From positions 30,259 to 94,258 of the forward strand of contig JAJFJF010000012.1 in assembly GCA_021774255.1 (NCBI GenBank): DNA of 64,000 nucleotides, in the 5' to 3' direction. The position numbers and the translations under genes are program-made. Each line of letters opens with the position of its first letter. Within the stretch, counting starts at the first letter, position 1. This DNA comes from Gammaproteobacteria bacterium. GTDB lineage: Bacteria > Pseudomonadota > Gammaproteobacteria > JAJFJF01. Positions 18,505 through 28,158 of this stretch are shown here, piece by piece. The notes below the pieces were generated by a model that did no database searches, had not been told where the DNA came from, and saw nothing but the letters and a program-made list of their open reading frames with translations.

Positions 18505-19128
18505 CTACGCAACAAAGGCTTCGACAGGCGCGAGACCTGTACGCACAATAATCGGCACATCACCTACCATATCAATCACCGTGGTTTCCTCAATGCCGCC
18601 AAACCCACCATCGATAATGAGGTCAACCTGCTTGTGTAAACGCTCATAAATGAGCTCAGGATCTTGCATCGGCAACTCATCGCCGCGCATGAGGCAGGTA
18701 CTGCTCATCAAGGGTTCTCCTAAGCTTTCCAATAACGCGAGCGTAATCGCGTTATCAGGCACTCTCAGGCCCACTGTTTTGCGCTTGGGGTGCTGCAAGC
18801 GCCGCGGTACTTCGCGCGTGGCTTTTAGCAAAAAGGTGTAAGGCGCCGGCGTAGAGGCTTTGATCAAACGATAATCTGTGTTGTTGACTTGGGCATAGGT
18901 CGCCAGCTCCGACAAGTCTCGGCAAATCAGCGTAAATAAATGCCCTTCATCCAGGTGGCGAATAGCGCGAATGCGATCAAGTGCGGCTTTATCTCCCACA
19001 TGGCAGCCAAAGGCATAGGTCGAATCGGTTGGGTAGACAATCACGCCACCCTGGCGCACCACCTCAGCAGCCTGGGTGATTAAACGTTTTTGAGGATTAT
19101 CTTGATGAATTACAAGGCGTTGCGTCAT
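18505..19128 (-). CDS. yciO: L-threonylcarbamoyladenylate synthase-like protein, YciO/TsaC (Sua5/YrdC) family
   Basis: The YrdC-domain sequence VIVYPTDSTYAFGCHVGDKAALDRIRAIR is present. The protein is 207 aa. It is next to trpS, as in many gammaproteobacteria. Confidence 0.8.
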   Translation of the reverse strand: MTQRLVIHQDNPQKRLITQAAEVVRQGGVIVYPTDSTYAFGCHVGDKAALDRIRAIRHLDEGHLFTLICRDLSELATYAQVNNTDYRLIKASTPAPYTFLLKATREVPRRLQHPKRKTVGLRVPDNAITLALLESLGEPLMSSTCLMRGDELPMQDPELIYERLHKQVDLIIDGGFGGIEETTVIDMVGDVPIIVRTGLAPVEAFVA

Positions 19129-19337
19129 GTTTCTTTTGTACTAAATCAATGTTAATAAACTAAAAAAATAAGGAAAACTCCGAACAAAGATCATACCTTA
19201 ACTAGGCATACTTATATAGCCCAGCTGCTTTGTCGGCTTAGTTCACCTGCAGGCCACCCTACCTCCAGAAAAAATATTTATGTCATAAATCAAACTCACT
19301 TGTGAGGCTTTTTTTATTTGTGGATCGGGCTTAAGCC

Positions 19338-22300
19338 TTAACGCCAGGCAAATGCCCACATTCCGCGCAGATCGCGCCACCCCTTGTGCAAAGCAGGTAA
19401 GTTATAAAGCAAACGAATCAACATCGCCAGGGTACTCAGCAGAGAAAATAGCAATCGTGCGAGAACAATAGCACTGAGTCCTTGCCGAGCCAGGTACGTT
19501 GCACCAATAGTAAATTGAGGTAAATCTTCTACAGCAACACAGAGCAGCTTAAGAAGTACCAGCTGTGTATCCGCATATTCCGTTCGGGTTCGCAGGCGCA
19601 CCAGATCAGGACCCAGCACGGGCATAAACAATAGCCAATAAGGTAAATCTCCTGCCCGACGAGGCAACCAAGTGCCGTACATCAATTTCAAAGAAAGCAA
19701 CCCAATTCCCAATGAGGCCAGCAAAAAGAATACAAGTGACACCAAAACCAAATCGTTTTGGTGATCTTCATCCATTGCTATGATCAGCGAGCCATCCAGA
19801 ACTTTATCAGCGATCCACCAGAAAAATCCCCAGGTAGCCATCACTTGGTAGCGCTGCAGCAGAAGCAACCAGGCTACTGGTAGACAATAAAACATTTGCG
19901 TCAACCAGCGGTGCTTCCATGTCAAAGTAGGCACCGTTAGGCGCGACCAATCTTGCTCATCGGGTGATAGCAGTTCATTACCCTCAAGCAGGACATCAGC
20001 AAGCACGCTTGAATGTTGTCGTACTGCTGCCTTGAGTGATCCCAGCGCGCGTTTATCGACTCGATTATAGCGGATATCGAGGTGCTGTAGTGTGGGAAAC
20101 GTCCCCAGCTGTTCAAATAAGCAGCGGATCCCCAGCCCCGTGATCTTGTTATGAGAAGCTTTCAGGTGCGTCACAGGGGTTGCTTGCAAAGCACGTAAGA
20201 GCCGTTCAAACGCGACGTCATCCAAACCCAACCCGCTGACATCTACTTCGCTTGGTCCATTTCTTCCCTGCTGCACAAGCAGCTGCAACAAGATCTCGAA
20301 GCTCAAACGCCAGCGATTAGATTTTGAATCGGCGGCCTGCATGAAGTGGTAGACGAGCATCCACCCGTTTTTTTCAATGAGTAGTTGGATAAGTCTCTTT
20401 CCTTTTCGTGTGCATATAAAAGGATTATCCCCTTTCCTGACTAACGCGATGACCTCGCTGGAACGATTACGTGTACCAGCACTTAACAGAGCAATACAAC
20501 CTTCTGGGGTAACCTGGTTTAGCTGTGGTGGATCTGGAAAAAACCACCAGCTTTCAAATAGCCCCACCTGCCCCTCTGTCAAACGCACAAAACTTTGAAG
20601 TCGCTTACTGCAAACCAGCTTAGCGGTGGGTTCAGCAGAAACGTCTACTCCCAAATGAGGCTTTAAATAAGCAGCGATCTGGGGATAGCGTTGCTGGCTG
20701 ATAGCATAAGCTGCACGACACAAAGCGGCCTTTTGCTCTCCCAATCTATTTTCTTCACAAAGAAATTGAACAACATCATAATGCCCCCCTTTTGCGGCCC
20801 ACTCGATAGCGGTGTCACCTTTCACTTTGCGCGTCGCCATACTTGCATCTTGCGTATAAAGCCAGCGCACTGCCGCCAAGTTGCCTATCTCCGCCATCCA
20901 GGCCAAACGATCAGGGCTTTCTAGTAAGCGCTTCAAGCGACGGGAAGCGCGCCAACGATGCAAGACCGTTTCTAACCACAAGCCTGTCGCCATTAGTGTT
21001 ACGGTCAAAATCCAGCGTGGCATCCATTTTTCATAAAACGTGGTGTCGCCTGGGCAAGGCCCTTCAGGAACAGTGGGCGCCTTATCTGGCACCAAATCAC
21101 AATGATAAGGGTAGCTCTTGCCGTGCGCTATGCACCAGATGGTCGGGTCCCAATCTTGGAAAGTTTCCCAGTGATACATTGCTGGCGTTTTTTTACCGTA
21201 GGCACGCAGGCCAAAACTGCCACTTTCTCCTGCTGGAAAGTCTTGCCCCGTTGCATTGATATCCCAGTAAGACGCTTCAAAAATGCCATCTGCTCTTGAT
21301 CCCACCAAGCCACCTTTGGCCTGGTTGGACTGCACACAACCGGCGGTGTAACTAAAACGAACATGATCATTGGCTCCCACACTATGACCGACTAGACCAC
21401 CGGCTTCATCTTTGCCTGTGACAGGCCCCAAAGAATAACAGTATTCAACCATACCGTCGTTTTCGCCAATCACCCCGCCTACTTGGCGGCCCGTGCCTTC
21501 GATAGCGCCTGTACCATAACAATGTGTGAGCACGCCTCCGGCAGTTTGCCGTCCAACCAAGCCAACATTGTCACGACCGGTGACACGACTGGTGGCATAG
21601 CTGCGATCAATGATGCCTGCATTCAGGCCAGCGAGCGCACCCACATCATCACCTTCACTGAGTAGCCGCCCAAAAGCAACGCTCTCAATAACATGTCCCT
21701 CAGCACGGTTATCCCCCACTAAACTTGCAGCACGATCGCCGCGAGCTGTTACCGTGTTATTAACCCAACAACGCAGGAAGATCCCCAGATTTTGGCCAGC
21801 AAGCCCACCCACAGCAACATTGCCTTCAACTTCGCTGTAGACTGCTAATGCTTCAGCCCGCCCCAGGTTGTTGCCAATGGCGCCGCCAACAATTCGAATA
21901 CCCGTCACGGGGCCGTAGGCGGTACTGTGGTAAACGTCTCCACTGCTTTCGCCTATCAATCCACCCGTGGCACTGTCATAGCCAATGACGGCGGCCCATG
22001 ATTGACTGGTGTTGAGCAACCCTTCTAGATGCCCTACCAAGCCACCGACACGATAACTTCCCGTCACGGTTCCAGCAGCAGTACTGTTTGTGATAACACC
22101 AATAATTTTGCTCTGCCCTACTAAACCACCAATGCTCTCACCCGGATCAGCGCCTATCACATCACTTTGCACATGAAGAGCTGTCAGTGTGCCGCCATTG
22201 TGACCAACAGCGCCCCCTACAAAAGCATGCCCTCTCACAATTCCCGAACTGATGCTGTCTGTGACCGTGCTATAGTAATCGTTAGATCCCACCAACCCAC

Positions 22301-23483
22301 CAATAGCCTGTCCTGGGTAGACGCCGGTCACGTTGATTTGAGCATCTACGGTCATCAGTGCACCAAAATTGATACCTACAGCACCCCCCACTAGATAAGC
22401 GCCTCTGACTGCCCCCAAAACGGTGCTCTCCATCACCAGACCTGTGCTTTGTCCTACCAGGCCACCGATACAGCGTCCTGAATGGGCACCGGTCACATCA
22501 ACTTCGGCATAAATACCTGCAAGCGTACCATGATTAAGGCCGAGCACTCCGCCAACCAAAGTCGTGCCTGTTGTCGTAGTAAAAACGGTACTGTTGGTGA
22601 CAGTGCCCGGATTGGATCCTAACAAACCACCAACGAGCTCAACGCCGATCACCTTAGTGTGGGCATAGAGGGCGGTGACTGCGCCATAATTGTTGCCCAC
22701 TGCCCCGCCTACATAAAGGGAACCGGTTACCACGGCAAAAACTTCACCGTTTGTCACTGTGCCCAGCGCACTGTTATACCCCAGCAAACCACCAATAGAG
22801 TGACTCAGGCCGATCCCGGTCAGATTACTTTGGGCACGGATACTTATTAGAGCAGCAGAATTGTAGCCAACTACTCCGCCGACGAGACTGCTCCCTGCTA
22901 CTGTGCCAAAGGCCACCCCCTCAGTCACGGTGCCTTGGTTTCTCCCGACTAAACCACCAATACCCTGTCCTAGGCCTCTACTCTTGACACTCCCTTCTGA
23001 GTAAAGAGCTGTGAGCGTACCTAAGTTATATCCCACTGCCCCGCCGGTATAGACAGTACCTGTTACTACCCCAAGGACTGTGCTGTTGGCGACAGTGCCT
23101 GCATTTCGTCCAACTAAAGCACCGACTTCTTCTTTGCCAACTATTCGAACATGCTTCAAACTCACGCCCTTTATTAGCCCTGTGGTAGCCAGATAGCCAA
23201 ATAATCCTACATAATTTTCATCAGTTCGGTTGCTAGTTAGGTAGCTGATTTCGTACCCGCTCCCATCATATTCACCCGAAAAAGGGGTGGCTAGCGTGCC
23301 AATGGGCCTAAACCCGGCTCCTCCATTCCACGCTTCGCTGCCTGCGCAGCTAATATGATGGGTTTGAATGAAAGAACCCGATAGATTGCCAGCCAAGGCC
23401 TGCAACGACTCACAGCTATCCACAGCGGCTTGCGCGCAAGCCGCCTCTATCAGTAAAAACAGTAGAAAAATTTCCCCAAACAT
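19338..23483 (-). CDS. giant GLUG-like repeat protein with TM segment, ankyrin repeats, RNI-type LRR and conserved C-terminal membrane domain
   Basis: The start was set at MFGEIFLLFLLIEAACAQA, a signal peptide; the track ORF starts 23 codons earlier. The N-cap plus GGLVG/GGAVG repeats and C-cap YWDINATGQ...YPY are followed by a hydrophobic segment. An ANK-like region and an LRR region (LKASHNKITGLGIRCL..LQHLDIRYNRV) come next. The C-terminal domain is YWLLFMPVLGPDLVRL... The N-terminal ~110 aa are nearly identical to those of the divergent neighbour. Confidence 0.8.
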   Translation of the reverse strand: MFGEIFLLFLLIEAACAQAAVDSCESLQALAGNLSGSFIQTHHISCAGSEAWNGGAGFRPIGTLATPFSGEYDGSGYEISYLTSNRTDENYVGLFGYLATTGLIKGVSLKHVRIVGKEEVGALVGRNAGTVANSTVLGVVTGTVYTGGAVGYNLGTLTALYSEGSVKSRGLGQGIGGLVGRNQGTVTEGVAFGTVAGSSLVGGVVGYNSAALISIRAQSNLTGIGLSHSIGGLLGYNSALGTVTNGEVFAVVTGSLYVGGAVGNNYGAVTALYAHTKVIGVELVGGLLGSNPGTVTNSTVFTTTTGTTLVGGVLGLNHGTLAGIYAEVDVTGAHSGRCIGGLVGQSTGLVMESTVLGAVRGAYLVGGAVGINFGALMTVDAQINVTGVYPGQAIGGLVGSNDYYSTVTDSISSGIVRGHAFVGGAVGHNGGTLTALHVQSDVIGADPGESIGGLVGQSKIIGVITNSTAAGTVTGSYRVGGLVGHLEGLLNTSQSWAAVIGYDSATGGLIGESSGDVYHSTAYGPVTGIRIVGGAIGNNLGRAEALAVYSEVEGNVAVGGLAGQNLGIFLRCWVNNTVTARGDRAASLVGDNRAEGHVIESVAFGRLLSEGDDVGALAGLNAGIIDRSYATSRVTGRDNVGLVGRQTAGGVLTHCYGTGAIEGTGRQVGGVIGENDGMVEYCYSLGPVTGKDEAGGLVGHSVGANDHVRFSYTAGCVQSNQAKGGLVGSRADGIFEASYWDINATGQDFPAGESGSFGLRAYGKKTPAMYHWETFQDWDPTIWCIAHGKSYPYHCDLVPDKAPTVPEGPCPGDTTFYEKWMPRWILTVTLMATGLWLETVLHRWRASRRLKRLLESPDRLAWMAEIGNLAAVRWLYTQDASMATRKVKGDTAIEWAAKGGHYDVVQFLCEENRLGEQKAALCRAAYAISQQRYPQIAAYLKPHLGVDVSAEPTAKLVCSKRLQSFVRLTEGQVGLFESWWFFPDPPQLNQVTPEGCIALLSAGTRNRSSEVIALVRKGDNPFICTRKGKRLIQLLIEKNGWMLVYHFMQAADSKSNRWRLSFEILLQLLVQQGRNGPSEVDVSGLGLDDVAFERLLRALQATPVTHLKASHNKITGLGIRCLFEQLGTFPTLQHLDIRYNRVDKRALGSLKAAVRQHSSVLADVLLEGNELLSPDEQDWSRLTVPTLTWKHRWLTQMFYCLPVAWLLLLQRYQVMATWGFFWWIADKVLDGSLIIAMDEDHQNDLVLVSLVFFLLASLGIGLLSLKLMYGTWLPRRAGDLPYWLLFMPVLGPDLVRLRTRTEYADTQLVLLKLLCVAVEDLPQFTIGATYLARQGLSAIVLARLLFSLLSTLAMLIRLLYNLPALHKGWRDLRGMWAFAWR

Positions 23484-23564
23484 CCTGCCTTGGCAAAATA
23501 CTCTCTCCTGATCAATGGCGTAACAAGCAAAGGTAAGATACAAACACGCCATTCAAACGCGAAC

Positions 23565-23600
23565 GCAATAAAAAAGCCAGCTCAAGCAATTGTTTTATAT
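23565..23600 (-). promoter_or_regulatory. conserved regulon promoter motif copy (minus strand; CTTACC-N7-GTTACGCCATTGATCAGGA variant)
   Basis: It has TTAC boxes 13 bp apart. It is ~80 bp upstream of the corrected start at 23483. It matches the core consensus at 14 of 22 positions. Confidence 0.4.
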
Positions 23601-23784
23601 GAAATTAATCCACCCTTCCCTTTGCTTGTCATAACGGTTGTATGCCCTAAAAAACAGAGCCGCCCTGCCCCTAGCATCGCTTTTTCAGGCAACTGTAACG
23701 ACGAGAAGTGCCTACAGAAAGAGTGGCGAGAAAATTTACCCACCCGTGTTACGCTACTAGAAAGGAAAGCGTATTAAAAAAGAA

Positions 23785-26700
23785 ATGGCTAACAACCGTG
23801 TGCTTCTTTTTTTATTGACACTATCTGCAGCAGTTTTAGCCCAAGAAGAAATAGAGAGCTGCGAGGCGTTACAGGCAGTTGCCGACAACCTTTCTGGCTC
23901 CTTTATTCAAACCCGTCACATTAGCTGCGTAGGCAGCGAAGACTGGAATGGAGGAGCCGGGTTTAGGCCCATTGGCACACTAGCCACCCCTTTTTCGGGT
24001 GAATATGATGGGAGCGGGTACGAAATCAGCTACCTCACTAGTAACCGAACTGATGAAAATTATGTAGGATTATTTGGCTATCTGGCTACCACAGGGCTAA
24101 TAAAGGGCGTAAGTTTGAAATATGTCCGAGTCATTGGAAAAGAGCGAGTAGGCGGTTTAGTTGGCCAAAATAGAGGGGCTGTTTTCGATAGCACAGTGCT
24201 TGGAAATATAACCGGCATATTTATGGTGGCTGGGGTGGCAGGTACTAATCTCGGTACGCTGACCAACATCCGTGCCCAAATTATTATAACGGCCCTCCCC
24301 CCTGGCGAACGTGTTGGCGGCTTGGTGGGGGAAAATACCAACACAGAAGGCGCAACAGGTATCGTGACAAATAGCAGTGCTTTCGGGACGGTCACTGGAA
24401 ACTACTTGGTTGGCGGTGCAGCAGGAAATAATGATGGCACGCTCATAGCGATCCATACCCAAACTCACGTGATTGCAGTTGATCCTGGGGAGTACATTGC
24501 CGGCTTAGCAGGACTCAATATGGGGCTCATCGCTGACAGCAGTGCTTCCGGAACAGTCGTCGGTACCCAGCTCGTCGGCGGAGTGGCAGGTGCCAACTTT
24601 GGCACACTGATTGCCACCTCCCAAGCCAACATCACTGGCAGCAGCAAAGCTACCGGAGGCCTGGTAGGCCAAAATGAAGGCCTCGTAATAGATAGCGCAG
24701 CTTTTGGGGCAGTAACTGGCACAACGCATGTAGGCGGAATTGCAGGCATCAACGGCAACACCATAACGGATACCTTCAGCCATTGCACTGTCATAGGAAT
24801 CGAACCGGGGTGGTACGTTGGCGGTTTAGCCGGCTATAACAGTGGCAGCACCATGAACAGTGCTGTCTATGGCGAAGTAATAGGCACCGCTTATGTAGGT
24901 GGCGCGCTAGGCGTGAATTTCGGCACCTTAACTGCCGTCGATGTTGAAGCCAGCGTGAGTGGCCTCGACCCCGCTGAATTCATCGGTGGTGTAGTAGGCG
25001 AAAATGGCGGCACAGGTATTATCTCAAACGCTACCTTTTTTGGGGAGGTAGTAGGCAGTGCCCAAATTGGCGGCGCCTTGGGCAACAACCTGGGCATAGC
25101 GACTCTCCTCTATTCTCAAGGTGACGTGACCGGCATGACTTCAAGCAAATCTGTCGGCGGATTGTGTGGACGCAATGAACGATTGATCTCCCATAGCACA
25201 GCGAATACCGCAGTCTTCAGTGCGGGCCCCAATGCAGGTGGTTTTGTGGGTGAGAACACTTATACTGGCGAATTACTCAACGCCACTGCTTTGGGAAACG
25301 TTATCAGCACAGCAGACAGTGCCGGCGGCCTAGCGGGGGCTAACCATGGTAAAATTTTTGATAGCCTAGCCCTGGGAAATGTCTCTGCCTATTATCTGGC
25401 GGGAGGACTCATTGGCGTCAACACGATCACCGCGCTTGTTAATCGAAGTGCTTGCTTGGGCGTTGTCTCGGGAACAGAAAGCCAAATCGGAGGATTGATC
25501 GGTCTTCACGAAGGTGTCCTTGAGAACAGCTATGCTTTAGGGTGTGCTTCAGGCACCCATACCGTAGGGGCTTTGCTTGGAAAAAATGAAGGCACACTCA
25601 AACATTGCTACGCTGTTGGTTGTGTGACGGCAGAAAACAACACCGGTGGGCTGGTGGGTGGAACACTGTCATCCCATGATGTTTTCTCTTGTTTCTGGAA
25701 TAAGCACAGCACCGGGCAACGCCACCCTGCTGGCGGGCGCTACGACGCCTCCCTACAAACGCTTGGTCTTTCAAACGAAGAGATCCGTCAGGCTGAGACT
25801 TTTATCGAGTGGGATCCTGGTACTTGGCACATGATTGAAGGCCAGCTTCCTTATCTTCCCTCACTCACACTTGCCCCACAACCTCAGCTACCAACCGAGC
25901 ATTGCCCGATGGCGCCACTGCCCTTTTCTGCCTGGATGAGTGAACTTGCATCCCTGGGTACAGTTTGGATCAGCATGATGCTGCTTTGGCTGATGTGGCG
26001 ACGCTGGCGTACCTTACAACAAAGCTTCCTTGTATGGCAGGATAGATGGCTGTGGCGGGTAGCGACAAAAGGCGATCAACACCTGCTTCACTATCTTCTG
26101 ACTGATAAACCCAATATACCTACCGAAGATGAGCAAGAGATCTCTGCCATTGTTTTCGCCGCACGTATGGGTTTTCTTGAGATGGTGGACACCCTCATTA
26201 AAAAATGGAAGATTCAAGCAACAGAGGAACGTTACACGGAAGCATTGTCCACAGCCCAATATTATGGATACCAAGAGATCATCACACTTTTAAAGCCAAC
26301 AGATGCCGGCTCACTTGTCCCCCCCTCTCCTGTCGAGATGAGAGAAGGAGGCGGCAACCTACGCCGTCGAGCGCAACCACGTAGCGGCGCTGGGGAAGCA
26401 CTATTGGGCACCCATCAACAACACACGCAAGAAGAAGAGCTGTACGAAGCCGCTTCCAACGGACACTACTTTACAACATGGTGGCTACTGCTTAACGAAG
26501 CCATATGTAATCGTGTCTTAGAACAATATCAGACAACACCACTTTGGGCAGCTATCAAAAAGGGGCACTTAAATACAGCACTTTTGCTCGTGGCATATGG
26601 TGCCTTTTTACCAGTACAAAATTCACGTAAGCAAACCGTGGCGCACCTCTTGATAAGCCAGCACCGACGGATCTGGGCCAAGCGTCTGCGCGATGCCAGT

Positions 26701-27678
26701 CCAGAAGCGGCTTTGTGGCCGTTTTGTTTCCGGTTATACCGACAAGCCTTGAGAGATAATAGTGATGCTTTAACGTCAGCCGATCTCAGTGGCTACGGTT
26801 TGGGCGACGAAGCGCTTGCCGATTTAGCGGATGCCATGAAGGGGAATTCTCACCTAACGCACTTGTTAGCCAGCAACAACCATTTCACCGACCGAGGCCT
26901 CCAATACCTGGCACAAGTATTGACTGAGCATGCCGCCATCCCGCTCACTGAAGTGGACGTACGTCATACTTTGGTGACGCAGCGGGGCATTGACGCTTTG
27001 CGGCGGGCCAAGTGTGATCTGACGATCCAATGGGAGGGTACCCGAGCAGATACTACCGTCACTGAAAACCGTTGGGCGCACTGGAGTGAAGCATGGCAGC
27101 AGCGATGCAGTTTGAAGCTCGCCCTCTCCTGGCAACGTTATACATTAGGCCCCCTGTTGGGATGGTGGCTTATCATGGCCCATCGCTTTATCAGCGGCTT
27201 TCTCATTCAAGATTTGGATGAACAGCACCAAGAAGCGCTCATGACAGCAGGAAGCATCTTGTTTATCATTAGCTACGCTAATAGCCTGCTTGCCTTACGC
27301 TACGTCTACGGTGCATGGTGCCCTCGCCAACTACTCGATATCCTAGGCTTCTTGGCGTTGTTGCCTTTACTGTCGCCTGAGCTACTTATCCTTATCTGGC
27401 AAATTAACTACCCGGATGTTGCGCTGACGCTTTTTAGCAGTGCCCAACTCCTGCTTGAAGTCGCACAGGCAACTTTGTTTCTTTATGCCGGCACGTTAGA
27501 AGGGTTTTCAGCATTTATCCTTCTAAAGTTAAGCCTCACGCTTTTTTCGATACTCTGGCACCTGGCCGCTTGGCTTCACCAAGGCACGACTCTCATTCCT
27601 CAATTTCAAGGGCTATGGGAACGCCCCGGAGATTTTTTCACACCAGAGGATCCCGGAGAGGAGATGCGCCAAGTCTAA
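23785..27678 (+). CDS. giant GLUG-like repeat protein with TM segment, ankyrin repeats, RNI-type LRR and conserved C-terminal membrane domain
   Basis: The 1297-aa protein has a signal peptide and GLUG repeats. A TM segment follows (VWISMMLLWLMW). The ANK region reads LWAAIKKGHLNTALLLVAYGA. The LRR region reads LSGYGLGDEALADLADAMKGNSHLTHLLASNNHFTDRGLQYLAQVL. The C-terminal region is multi-helix and hydrophobic. Confidence 0.8.
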   Translation: MANNRVLLFLLTLSAAVLAQEEIESCEALQAVADNLSGSFIQTRHISCVGSEDWNGGAGFRPIGTLATPFSGEYDGSGYEISYLTSNRTDENYVGLFGYLATTGLIKGVSLKYVRVIGKERVGGLVGQNRGAVFDSTVLGNITGIFMVAGVAGTNLGTLTNIRAQIIITALPPGERVGGLVGENTNTEGATGIVTNSSAFGTVTGNYLVGGAAGNNDGTLIAIHTQTHVIAVDPGEYIAGLAGLNMGLIADSSASGTVVGTQLVGGVAGANFGTLIATSQANITGSSKATGGLVGQNEGLVIDSAAFGAVTGTTHVGGIAGINGNTITDTFSHCTVIGIEPGWYVGGLAGYNSGSTMNSAVYGEVIGTAYVGGALGVNFGTLTAVDVEASVSGLDPAEFIGGVVGENGGTGIISNATFFGEVVGSAQIGGALGNNLGIATLLYSQGDVTGMTSSKSVGGLCGRNERLISHSTANTAVFSAGPNAGGFVGENTYTGELLNATALGNVISTADSAGGLAGANHGKIFDSLALGNVSAYYLAGGLIGVNTITALVNRSACLGVVSGTESQIGGLIGLHEGVLENSYALGCASGTHTVGALLGKNEGTLKHCYAVGCVTAENNTGGLVGGTLSSHDVFSCFWNKHSTGQRHPAGGRYDASLQTLGLSNEEIRQAETFIEWDPGTWHMIEGQLPYLPSLTLAPQPQLPTEHCPMAPLPFSAWMSELASLGTVWISMMLLWLMWRRWRTLQQSFLVWQDRWLWRVATKGDQHLLHYLLTDKPNIPTEDEQEISAIVFAARMGFLEMVDTLIKKWKIQATEERYTEALSTAQYYGYQEIITLLKPTDAGSLVPPSPVEMREGGGNLRRRAQPRSGAGEALLGTHQQHTQEEELYEAASNGHYFTTWWLLLNEAICNRVLEQYQTTPLWAAIKKGHLNTALLLVAYGAFLPVQNSRKQTVAHLLISQHRRIWAKRLRDASPEAALWPFCFRLYRQALRDNSDALTSADLSGYGLGDEALADLADAMKGNSHLTHLLASNNHFTDRGLQYLAQVLTEHAAIPLTEVDVRHTLVTQRGIDALRRAKCDLTIQWEGTRADTTVTENRWAHWSEAWQQRCSLKLALSWQRYTLGPLLGWWLIMAHRFISGFLIQDLDEQHQEALMTAGSILFIISYANSLLALRYVYGAWCPRQLLDILGFLALLPLLSPELLILIWQINYPDVALTLFSSAQLLLEVAQATLFLYAGTLEGFSAFILLKLSLTLFSILWHLAAWLHQGTTLIPQFQGLWERPGDFFTPEDPGEEMRQV

Positions 27679-27857
27679 GATAGGAAGATGATGACTTGTA
27701 AAAGGCATGACAAAAAAACAGCAATATATTTGCCAGAAAAATAACTTATTTTGACCGACACGAAGAAACAAGATATGATTTTATAAGCTTACATGATCAC
27801 AATGTTCGTTCGGGCAACCGGATAGCAACCCACAAAATAATACTAAAAGGCAAAACC

Positions 27858-28130
27858 ATGATGACACCTGAAGCACGCAAAGCAACCCTGACTGAACGTT
27901 TAACAGCAACACTCCGCCCTACTCAATTAAATATCACAGACGATAGCGCAGCACACGCAGGCCACCCAGGTGCACAAAGTGGTGCAGGCCATTTTACGGT
28001 GCACGTTGCCTCAGAAGCCTTTGTCGGCAAGTCTCTTATTGAACAACACCGTTTAGTCTATCAAGCCGTCGGTGATTTAATCCCCGCAGAAATTCATGCG
28101 CTGCGCATTGATGCTTCCCTGCCCGCTTAA
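27858..28130 (+). CDS. BolA-family protein
   Basis: The 90-aa protein carries a BolA-like HFTVHVASEAFVGKSLIEQHRLV motif. Confidence 0.75.
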   Translation: MMTPEARKATLTERLTATLRPTQLNITDDSAAHAGHPGAQSGAGHFTVHVASEAFVGKSLIEQHRLVYQAVGDLIPAEIHALRIDASLPA

Positions 28131-28158
28131 TGCTTGCAACGAAGGCCTTTCTGATTCA

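Noticed and set aside
19290-19330. Possible terminator hairpin CTCAC-TT-GTGAG + T7
   Set aside because: The stem is only 5 bp with a 2-nt loop. No plus-strand gene ends here, and on the minus strand the T-run is on the wrong side.
23484-23552. Upstream ATG start (MACLYLTFACYAIDQERVFCQGR) for the giant GLUG gene
   Set aside because: The signal peptide and the alignment with the divergent paralog begin at MFGEIF (23483). The extension would also overlap the promoter motif.
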